This document shows positions 1 through 7,030 of a DNA stretch of 34,944 nucleotides, piece by piece. This stretch comes from an uncultured Nitrospirales bacterium (GTDB lineage Bacteria; Hydrogenedentota; Hydrogenedentia; Hydrogenedentales; GCA-2746185), in contig CAYUZD010000001.1 of assembly GCA_964449475.1 (NCBI GenBank), forward strand, positions 1-34,944, given 5' to 3'. Each line of letters opens with the position of its first letter. Position 1 is the stretch's first letter. The notes beneath the pieces were generated by a model, which worked only from the letters and a program-made list of their open reading frames with translations, made no database searches and was not told the origin of the DNA. The position numbers and the translations under genes were made by a program.

Positions 1-2
1 GG

Positions 3-1826
3 AAATCCGTCGACGATTGGATCAGCAAGAGCGTCGCCGGCGGCGAATGGTGGACACGCTCGACACCGATCTTCGACGACCTGCAGAAGGACAATCCCGA
101 CCGGTGGCGGGGCGGGCTCGCTCCGAGGCTCGCCGGGCTGAAGGCGACGCCGCTGATGGTGGACGGCGTGTTGTACATGACCACGGCGCTCTACCAGGCG
201 GCCGCGATCGATGCGAAGACCGGCGAGACGCTCTGGGTGTTCAACCCGAAGAGCTACGAGGCCGGCACGCCGACGATGAGCATCTTCTGGAGCCACCGCG
301 GACCGGCGCTGTGGCGCTCGGGCGCGGAATCCCGAATCCTCTACGGCACGGGCGATGCGTGGCTCTATTGCCTGGATGCGAAGACGGGGCGGCCATGCGC
401 GGACTTCGGCGACGGCGGCCGCGTCGATCTGACCGATGGCATTCCGCGCGCGGACCGTGAGGACCGCGACTACTTGAACGCGCTGCTCTACTCCTGCGCG
501 TCGCCGCCACTCGTGGTGCGCGACGTCGTGGTGACGGGGGCGTCGATCGCGGATCGCCGCGTCGTGAAGGAGGCGCCGCCGGGATGGGTGCGCGGCTACG
601 ACGTGCGCACGGGCGAGATGAAGTGGACGTTTCACACGATACCGCTGCCGGGCGAGCTCGGGAACGAGACCTGGGAGAACGGGTCATGGGAGTACTCCGG
701 GAACGCGAACGTCTGGACACAGATGAGCGCCGATCCGGAACTTGGCTACGTGTATTTGCCGACGGGCACGCCCACAAACGATTTCTACGGCGGACACCGC
801 TTGGGCGACAACCTGTTTGCGGAGTCCGTGATTGCGGTCGATGTCGAGACGGGCGAGCGCGTGTGGCATTTCCAGACTGTGCACCATGGGGTATGGGATT
901 ACGACAATCCGGCCGCGCCGAATTTGATGGATGTTACGGTCGATGGCAGGCCGGTGAAAGTGCTGGCGCAGATTACGAAGCAGGGTTTCGTGTTTGCGTT
1001 CGATCGCGTTACGGGCGAGCCGATCTGGCCGATCGAAGAACGGCCCGTGGACACGAATACCAATCTGGAAGGTGAACGGCTCTCCCCCACTCAGCCCGTG
1101 CCAACACGTCCGGCGCCGTTCGAGTACCAGGGCGCACTCGAGGAGGACCTGATCGACTTCACGCCCGAGTTGAAGCAGGCGGCGCTCGACATCACAAAGG
1201 AGTACACGCTGGGTCCGTTGTTCACGCCGCCGCTGATGGGCAAGGCGACGATCATGCGGCCGGGACTGGGTGGCGGTGCGAACTGGCAGGGCGCGGCGGC
1301 AGACCCGGAGACGGGCATTCTGTACGTGCCTTCGCAGGCGGGATATTCCGTCGTCCATTTCTACACGCCGGGCGAAGACGTCGGCGGCAACTTGCGCTAT
1401 ACGCACGGCGCCCGCGGCGGACTTGCGCGCGGGCCGAACAACCTGCCGTTATTCAAGCCGCCCTACACGCGCCTTACCGCCATCGATATGAATACGGGTG
1501 AGCACGTCTGGATGACGCCGACGGGAAACGGCGACGAAGTGCGCAACCATCCGGACCTGAAGGCGCTCAACCTGCCGCCCGTCGGCGGTGAGGGCGAGAC
1601 GGGGCCGCTTCTGACCAAGACGCTGCTCGCACTCGGGCAGGCGTCGGCCGATGGCAAGTTCTCGCTAACCGCATACGACAAGTCAACAGGAGCGGTCATT
1701 GGTGAAGTCGCGTTACCCGGCCGTCCGGTCAGCACGCCGATGACCTATCTTGCGGATGGAAAGCAGTACATCGCGCTCACCGTCAGCGGATCGCCACCGG
1801 AACTCGTAGCGCTGGCGCTGCCCTGA
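3..1826 (+). CDS. PQQ-dependent dehydrogenase, quinoprotein glucose/quinate dehydrogenase-like beta-propeller; 5' end cut by window edge
   Basis: Track ORF is 156..1826, but I translated the same frame back to nt 3 without a stop (KSVDDWISKSVAGGEWW...LKATPLMVDGVLYMTT), so the gene starts upstream of the window. Repeated propeller blades and WHFQTVHHGVWDYD resemble the PQQ glucose dehydrogenase active-site region. Confidence 0.8.
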   Translation, partial: KSVDDWISKSVAGGEWWTRSTPIFDDLQKDNPDRWRGGLAPRLAGLKATPLMVDGVLYMTTALYQAAAIDAKTGETLWVFNPKSYEAGTPTMSIFWSHRGPALWRSGAESRILYGTGDAWLYCLDAKTGRPCADFGDGGRVDLTDGIPRADREDRDYLNALLYSCASPPLVVRDVVVTGASIADRRVVKEAPPGWVRGYDVRTGEMKWTFHTIPLPGELGNETWENGSWEYSGNANVWTQMSADPELGYVYLPTGTPTNDFYGGHRLGDNLFAESVIAVDVETGERVWHFQTVHHGVWDYDNPAAPNLMDVTVDGRPVKVLAQITKQGFVFAFDRVTGEPIWPIEERPVDTNTNLEGERLSPTQPVPTRPAPFEYQGALEEDLIDFTPELKQAALDITKEYTLGPLFTPPLMGKATIMRPGLGGGANWQGAAADPETGILYVPSQAGYSVVHFYTPGEDVGGNLRYTHGARGGLARGPNNLPLFKPPYTRLTAIDMNTGEHVWMTPTGNGDEVRNHPDLKALNLPPVGGEGETGPLLTKTLLALGQASADGKFSLTAYDKSTGAVIGEVALPGRPVSTPMTYLADGKQYIALTVSGSPPELVALALP

Positions 1827-1900
1827 ATAGTCGCGGCACTGCGTCTCGAAATGGGCCCCGTTGTGCGTATTTATGGACGTATCTGGGCAGAATTCACACA

Positions 1901-1940
1901 CAATAGGTAGGTTCGACTTTGATCATAATTCGACCTATTG
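1901..1940. promoter_or_regulatory. 8-bp inverted repeat CAATAGGT...ACCTATTG flanking two TTCGAC direct repeats; candidate operator just upstream of the 1951 promoter
   Basis: CAATAGGT at 1901-1908 and its exact reverse complement ACCTATTG at 1933-1940. TTCGAC occurs at 1912-1917 and 1929-1934. The patch is locally AT-rich. Confidence 0.3.
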
Positions 1941-1950
1941 AAAATAATAC

Positions 1951-1979
1951 TTGACAATACCTACAGGTTGTGGTATTCA
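1951..1979 (+). promoter_or_regulatory. sigma70-like promoter (TTGACA-17 nt-TATTCA)
   Basis: Consensus -35 TTGACA at 1951-1956, a 17-nt spacer, then TATTCA at 1974-1979, in an AT-rich intergenic patch. Confidence 0.5.
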
Positions 1980-1985
1980 TATGCC

Positions 1986-2243
1986 GGTGTCAGGGGGGCG
2001 ACACCGCAGGGGGATTGGGTACCAGCCTACACGCTCTTCAGCCCAGCTTGTAGGCGTTTCATCCGCTAAAACCCTAAACGAAGCCTGCAACGAGTTGATG
2101 GACGCCGACGACCGCAGCCCGTTGGCCCCGTCGAAGACGACTCGACCCGTGTGCCTTGCGCCAAGAACACGGAGTCGCCTCGTAGACACACCCCGCATCG
2201 TACGGGCGGTGGGCCCAAGGGCCCACCGCCCCGTCATTTTTAT
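1986..2243 (+). ncRNA. unclassified structured RNA, either a candidate stand-alone sRNA or a terminator-type leader, ~255 nt
   Basis: Bounded by the 1951 promoter and the 2204-2241 intrinsic terminator. Contains several local helices: 1985-1991/2000-2006, 2025-2031/2049-2055, 2106-2110/2129-2133 and 2138-2143/2172-2177. The only ORF here reads through the terminator and has atypical A/T-ending codons. End points are approximate. Confidence 0.45.
2204..2241 (+). terminator. rho-independent terminator
   Basis: 12-bp perfect GC-rich stem GGGCGGTGGGCC (2204-2215) / GGCCCACCGCCC (2220-2231) with a 4-nt loop CAAG, followed by a T5 run at 2237-2241. Confidence 0.7.
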
Positions 2244-2261
2244 GGGGGATTCTGGGCCGCG

Positions 2262-2290
2262 TTGCATCGCGCGGCGGTCGACCGTATACT
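2262..2290 (+). promoter_or_regulatory. sigma70-like promoter for the pnt operon (TTGCAT-17 nt-TATACT)
   Basis: TTGCAT at 2262-2267, a 17-nt spacer, then TATACT at 2285-2290. It lies between the terminator and the pntAA start codon. Confidence 0.5.
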
Positions 2291-2342
2291 ACGCGCCTTT
2301 CCGGTCCGGTTTGCGCTCCCTCCGAGGCTGTTTCTCGTTCCC

Positions 2343-3488
2343 ATGATCATTTACGTTCCGAAGGAATCTCGTTCCGGCGAAACCCGCGTGGCATTGCTAC
2401 CCGCGAACGTCAAGAAGCTCACGGGCGCCGGCGCCGAGGTCATTGTCGCGCCGGGCTTGGGCGCGCCGATCCACGTCGCGGATGCGGAATACCGAGACGC
2501 GGGCGCGACGATCGAAGGGGATCACGCCGGTTGCGTCGCGCGGGCGGACTTGATTGTGCATCTGAGGCGCCCACCGGCCGACACGCTGGCCGGGATTCGG
2601 CCAGGCGCGATTGTTGTCGGTTTGTTCGAACCATTCGGCGATCCGGAATTTCTCCGGGAGATGGCCGTGCGCGGGGCAAGTTGCCTCTCGATGGAGATGA
2701 TCCCGCGCAGCACGATCGCGCAAAAGATGGACGTGCTGAGTTCGCAGGCGAACCTGGCCGGCTATATGGCCGTCATCCTCGCGGCGGAACGGTTGCAGAA
2801 GATTCTGCCGATGATGATGACGCCGGCGGGGACGATCGCGCCTGCACGTGTGTTCATCATCGGCGTGGGCGTGGCGGGATTGCAGGCGATCGCCACGGCG
2901 AAGCGGCTGGGTGCGCGCGTGGAAGCGTTCGATACGCGGCCCGTGGTCGAGGAACAGGTGCAGTCGCTCGGCGCGAAGTTCGTCAAGATCGATCTCGGCG
3001 AAACGGGGCAGACCGAGCAGGGATACGCCAAGGAACTGACGCCCGAGCAGCAGGCGAAGCAGCGCGAAGGCATGGCGAAGGTCTGCGCGCAGTCCGACGT
3101 GGTGATCACGACGGCGCAGTTGTTCGGCAAGCCCGCGCCGCGGATTGTGACGCGAGACATGGTCGAGGGCATGCGGCCGGGTAGTGTGATTATCGATCTC
3201 GCGATCGAGACGGGCGGAAATGTTGAAGGTGCCGAGCTCGATCGAGAGGTCGAGATCGGCGGCGTTCGCATCGTGGGATTGTCGAACCTGCCTGGCCGGA
3301 TTCCGGCAGTCGCGAGCCAGATGTACTCCGCGAACGTCGGGTACCTGCTCGAACATTTCTGGAACAAGACGGACAAGCGCTTCGCGCTGAAGCTGGACGA
3401 CGAGATCATCAAGAGTTGCCTGGTGACGCATGGGGGCGAGATCTGTCATCCGATGATTCGCAGCCGAATCGAATCGGGAACGGCCTGA
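2343..3488 (+). CDS. pntAA: NAD(P) transhydrogenase alpha subunit part 1 (dI domain)
   Basis: MIIYVPKESRSGETRVALLP..., Rossmann motif IIGVGVAGLQAIATAKRLGA, alanine dehydrogenase/PNT-like. The track ORF start at 2151 is an upstream extension running through the promoter region; ATG 2343 gives the canonical N-terminus. Confidence 0.9.
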   Translation: MIIYVPKESRSGETRVALLPANVKKLTGAGAEVIVAPGLGAPIHVADAEYRDAGATIEGDHAGCVARADLIVHLRRPPADTLAGIRPGAIVVGLFEPFGDPEFLREMAVRGASCLSMEMIPRSTIAQKMDVLSSQANLAGYMAVILAAERLQKILPMMMTPAGTIAPARVFIIGVGVAGLQAIATAKRLGARVEAFDTRPVVEEQVQSLGAKFVKIDLGETGQTEQGYAKELTPEQQAKQREGMAKVCAQSDVVITTAQLFGKPAPRIVTRDMVEGMRPGSVIIDLAIETGGNVEGAELDREVEIGGVRIVGLSNLPGRIPAVASQMYSANVGYLLEHFWNKTDKRFALKLDDEIIKSCLVTHGGEICHPMIRSRIESGTA

Positions 3489-3498
3489 GGGACACACG

Positions 3499-3789
3499 AT
3501 GCAATTGTTGCTGTTGTTCACGTTCGTACTGGCGATATTCCTCGGCTTCGAGCTGATTTCGAAGGTGCCGTCGCAGCTGCACACGCCGCTGATGTCGGGG
3601 TCGAACGCGATTTCCGGCATCACCATCGTCGGCGCGCTGGTCGCGGCGGGGAACGTCGAACACCACGGCCTGGCGACCGCGCTCGGCGCGCTTGCGGTCG
3701 CGCTGGCAATGATTAACGTGGTCGGCGGTTATCTTGTGACGGACCGGATGCTGACCATGTTCAAGTCCAAGGGTAAAGACGCGAAGTGA
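3499..3789 (+). CDS. pntAB: NAD(P) transhydrogenase alpha subunit part 2 (membrane dII-alpha)
   Basis: 96-aa hydrophobic protein with the motif HTPLMSGSNAISGI. GAGGGA RBS upstream. Positioned between pntAA and pntB. Confidence 0.9.
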   Translation: MQLLLLFTFVLAIFLGFELISKVPSQLHTPLMSGSNAISGITIVGALVAAGNVEHHGLATALGALAVALAMINVVGGYLVTDRMLTMFKSKGKDAK

Positions 3790-5276
3790 ACTCGCACACC
3801 CTCGTCGAACTGAGTTATATCGCCTCGGCGATCCTGTTCATCTTCGGCATCAAGATGCTCGGGTCGGCGGCAACGGCGCGCCGGGGAAACCTAGTCTCCG
3901 CGCTTGGGATGCTGGTCGCCATCGTGGCGACGTGCTTCAGCATGGAGATGCGCTGGGAGTACATTGCCGCCGGCGCGGCGATCGGCTCGATCGTCGGCGC
4001 GTGGTCCGCGCTGCGCGTCCCGATGACGTCGATGCCGGAGTTTGTCGCGTTTTTCAACGGTTCGGGCGGGCTCGCGAGCCTGTTGGTTGGGTGGGCCGAA
4101 TACCATACACGCCGCGGCCATTACGATCCGCAGGCGAATGCGGTCGAGACGGTGGCGACGATCGCTGCCGTGTTGATCGGGGGCGTGACCTTCACCGGGA
4201 GCATGATCGCGGGCGGGAAACTCGCCGAGATTCCGTGGCGGATCGAATCGCGGCTGAAGAAGAAGAGTTCCGGGCTACTGGCGGGCATCTTGAAGCCGCT
4301 TCAGAAACCGCTGGGCCTCGTGCTGGACCAGAAGCCGGTGCTGTACACGGGCCAGCAGATCGTCAATGGTCTGATCGTCGCGATCATTCTGGGCTGCTCG
4401 GTGTGGTTTGTGTACGACCCGAACGCGGCGCTCACCTATCTTCCGCTCGTCGCGGTCATCGTGCTGGCGCTCGTGCTGGGCGTGTTGTTCACGATACCGA
4501 TCGGCGGCGCGGACATGCCGGTGGTCATCTCACTGCTGAACAGCTACTCCGGCCTGGCGGCGTGCGCGGCGGGGTTCGTCATCAGCAACACCGTGCTGAT
4601 CGTGTCCGGTTCGTTGGTCGGTGCGAGCGGCATCATCCTGACGCAGATCATGTGCAAGGCGATGAACCGGTCGCTCGCCAACGTGCTGTTCAGCGGCTTC
4701 GGCAGCGGGACGATGGCGACGAGCGGCAAAGCGGTGGAAGGCGAAGCCAAGGCGCTGACGCCGGAGGACGCCTACTACGTGCTCGAGGCCGCGAGCGTCG
4801 TGGTGGTGGTGCCGGGCTACGGGATGGCCGTCGCACAGGCGCAGCACGCGGTGCGTGAGTTGGGCGACCTGCTCGAGGCGAACGGGGCGGAGGTTAAGTA
4901 CGCGGTGCATCCGGTGGCGGGACGCATGCCGGGGCACATGAACGTGCTGCTGGCCGAGGCGAACGTGCCGTACGAGCAACTGGTGGAGATGGATGACATC
5001 AACCCCATCATGCCGAACGTGGACGTCGCGATCGTGATCGGCGCGAACGACGTCGTGAATCCCGCGGCGCGCGAGGACGAGACGAGTCCGATCTACGGCA
5101 TGCCGATCATCAATGTAGATCAGGCGCGGAGCGTGTTCGTCGTGAAGCGCTCGATGCGATCGGGGTTCGCGGGGATCGAGAACCCGCTGTTTTACAAGGA
5201 AAACGTCCGGATGATCTTCGGCGATGCGAAGAAAGTCATCGAGTCGCTCGTCGCGTCGTTCAAATCGAGCAACTAG
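3786..5276 (+). CDS. pntB: NAD(P) transhydrogenase beta subunit
   Basis: Motifs GGADMPVVISLLNSYSG, PGYGMAVAQAQH, HPVAGRMPGHMNVLLAEA and GANDVVNP. The GTG start overlaps the pntAB stop (GTGA). Confidence 0.92.
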   Translation: MNSHTLVELSYIASAILFIFGIKMLGSAATARRGNLVSALGMLVAIVATCFSMEMRWEYIAAGAAIGSIVGAWSALRVPMTSMPEFVAFFNGSGGLASLLVGWAEYHTRRGHYDPQANAVETVATIAAVLIGGVTFTGSMIAGGKLAEIPWRIESRLKKKSSGLLAGILKPLQKPLGLVLDQKPVLYTGQQIVNGLIVAIILGCSVWFVYDPNAALTYLPLVAVIVLALVLGVLFTIPIGGADMPVVISLLNSYSGLAACAAGFVISNTVLIVSGSLVGASGIILTQIMCKAMNRSLANVLFSGFGSGTMATSGKAVEGEAKALTPEDAYYVLEAASVVVVVPGYGMAVAQAQHAVRELGDLLEANGAEVKYAVHPVAGRMPGHMNVLLAEANVPYEQLVEMDDINPIMPNVDVAIVIGANDVVNPAAREDETSPIYGMPIINVDQARSVFVVKRSMRSGFAGIENPLFYKENVRMIFGDAKKVIESLVASFKSSN

Positions 5277-6478
5277 ACGGACGCACCGCCCTCGGCCGGT
5301 GGGATATCGAGCGGCGCGGGTTTCTCGGGCACGTCACGCTCGCGCCGCGGCGGCATCATCATGCGCAGCTCGCGCAACTCGCCGTAACACAGCAGCAGAT
5401 CCCCTTCGCGCACGACCTCGTCGCCCTTTGGGTTTGGGATGATGGCGTTCTTTCGCGTGATGCTCATCACGTGGATGTTGTGCTGCGTGAGGTCCGTATC
5501 GCGCAACGCGCGATTTTCGAGCGCGGGCATGCCGTGGACGGTGAATTCCGCGATGCCATACCCCCCCGTGAGCCGGAGCCGCTGGCGCAGGTCCACCTCG
5601 GGGAACAACACCTGTTGCTGGATGTCTTCGATAATGGCGCCGGCCACGTCGAGCCGGGTGGCGCCTTCGATACCCTCGAGGCCGGGTGAGGAATTGACCT
5701 CGAGGACGCGCGGACCTTCGTTCGACTCGAGCATGTCGACACCGGCCATGCGTAGACCCATAATTTGCGCCGCGCGGATCGCAGTACTCTCGAACTCGGG
5801 CGGCAACGTGACGGCTTCGGCCGAACCCCCGCGGTGGACATTGCTGCGGAACTCTCCGGGCGTCGCAGTGCGGCGCATGGCGGCAACGACGCGATCGCCG
5901 ACGACGAACGCGCGCAGATCCGATCCGCCGGCTTCCTTCACAAACCGCTGGATGAGGACGTTCTGCCGGGCAAGCTGCAAGGTCTGGATGATGGCCTCGG
6001 CGATTTTGGTGGTCTCCGCGAGGATGACGCCAATGCCTTGCGTGCCCTCGAGCACCTTGATGATCACGGGCGGGCCGCCGAGCCGCTCGATGGCGGGCAG
6101 GATTTCGTCGGCGTCGCGCACGAAGGCCGTGGCCGGGATGCCGACATCGTGTTTGCTGAGCAGTTGCATCGCGCGGAGCTTGTCGCGCGAACGGCCGATG
6201 GCGAGTGACGAATTGATGGAGTAGACGCCAACCTGTTCGAACTGCTGCACCACGGCGAGCCCGAAGAACGTGATCGACGCGCCGATCCGCGGGATGATCG
6301 CATCGGTCTGGGGCAGCGCGCGGTGCTCGTAGAACAGCGCGGGTTTCTGGTGCTCCAGCATGATGGAGAACTTGAGCGTGTCGAGCACGTGCGCCGCGTG
6401 ACCGCGATACCGCGCGGCCTGGCACAGGCGTTTGACGCTGTACGAGTTCAGGTTCCGGCTGAGGATCAGGATATTCAT
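5273..6478 (-). CDS. rimK: RimK-family alpha-L-glutamate ligase (ATP-grasp) fused to a C-terminal RCK_C/TrkA-C domain
   Basis: N-terminal ~300 aa is collinear with RimK (MNILILSRN..., PVIIKVLEGTQGIGV, AGVDML..GPRVLEVNSSPGLEGIE). The C-terminal ~90 aa (IAEFTV..ALENRALRDTDL..IHVMSITR..IIPNPKGDEVVREGDLLLCYGE) looks like an RCK_C fold. Confidence 0.85.
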   Translation of the reverse strand: MNILILSRNLNSYSVKRLCQAARYRGHAAHVLDTLKFSIMLEHQKPALFYEHRALPQTDAIIPRIGASITFFGLAVVQQFEQVGVYSINSSLAIGRSRDKLRAMQLLSKHDVGIPATAFVRDADEILPAIERLGGPPVIIKVLEGTQGIGVILAETTKIAEAIIQTLQLARQNVLIQRFVKEAGGSDLRAFVVGDRVVAAMRRTATPGEFRSNVHRGGSAEAVTLPPEFESTAIRAAQIMGLRMAGVDMLESNEGPRVLEVNSSPGLEGIEGATRLDVAGAIIEDIQQQVLFPEVDLRQRLRLTGGYGIAEFTVHGMPALENRALRDTDLTQHNIHVMSITRKNAIIPNPKGDEVVREGDLLLCYGELRELRMMMPPRRERDVPEKPAPLDIPPAEGGASV

Positions 6479-6481
6479 GGT

Positions 6482-6976
6482 CTATCGTTTCGCCCGGCGC
6501 TTGATGGGCGGCAACGCGACGGGCCGGCGGCCGACGTCGATGACGAAGTCACCCTCGAGGGCCTCGCGGCCCAGCAACATGCGATACGTCATTTTCTCAC
6601 GGGAGACGAGCGACAACTCAATCTTCTTTTCGACGGGCCCGATGCGAATCGTGGTGCGCACGAAGCACCGCATCGAGTAGTGGCCGTTGCTGGAGCGCAC
6701 CTTGGCCCAGCGGGAGATTTTCGCGACGATCCGTTGCCGCTGCTCGACGTTCTGACGCGAGAGGACGACGTCGAACTCGGCGTAGTCGTCCGGCAGAAAC
6801 TCCATCTTTTCGACATGCAGCGCGCTGGTGTTCGCTCCGGTGTCCACCTTGGCGCGCAGCCGCCGTATCCCCCATTCCACGAAGTCAACCGGTTCGAGCC
6901 AGCCAATGACGACCTTGTCCTCGTGGCGCGGCGCGACGCCGGACGACCGGTCGGATGCCCTGGCTTTTTTCGTCAC
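6482..6976 (-). CDS. RimB-like retropepsin-type aspartic endopeptidase (the 'putative ATP-dependent zinc protease' DUF785 family)
   Basis: 164 aa, IGWLEPVDF..LRAKVDTGANTSALH with a DTGA catalytic-type motif. Lies immediately upstream of rimK, 3 nt from it, as in known rimB-rimK arrangements. Confidence 0.7.
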   Translation of the reverse strand: MTKKARASDRSSGVAPRHEDKVVIGWLEPVDFVEWGIRRLRAKVDTGANTSALHVEKMEFLPDDYAEFDVVLSRQNVEQRQRIVAKISRWAKVRSSNGHYSMRCFVRTTIRIGPVEKKIELSLVSREKMTYRMLLGREALEGDFVIDVGRRPVALPPIKRRAKR

Positions 6977-7030
6977 GCGTGTCCCCGTAGTTGACGCAGG
7001 GCGAGTGTAGCAAAGGCCGCGAGATGGGGC

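Noticed and set aside
17-460. 147-aa ORF at the window start in another frame
   Set aside because: It overlaps the PQQ dehydrogenase frame, which stays open to the window edge. The product is an Arg-rich shadow.
1986-2243. Whether the structured RNA is tmRNA, RNase P RNA, 6S RNA, SRP RNA or a tRNA
   Set aside because: No tRNA-like 3' end (…CCACCA) and no Ala-resume tag ORF ending in a stop, so not tmRNA. No GAGGAAAGUCC-type P4 core, so not RNase P. No GGAAGCAGCC-like domain IV, so not SRP. The structure is many local hairpins rather than one long interrupted duplex, so not 6S. The GGTTCGAC at 1910-1917 lacks a pairing T-stem, so not a tRNA. The class remains unknown rather than assigned.
1951-2346. 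131-aa ORF covering the pntA-upstream region
   Set aside because: Its TTG start is the -35 hexamer itself. The ORF reads through a 12-bp terminator stem and the second promoter, and its codon third positions are unusually A/T-rich for this genome. I interpret the region as non-coding RNA plus regulatory DNA.
5334-6425. 363-aa minus-strand ORF in an alternative frame of rimK, plus similar alternative-frame ORFs inside pntAA, pntB, tgt, mnmE and jag
   Set aside because: They are out of frame with genes that have collinear homology. Their products are extreme Arg/Ala/Pro composition.
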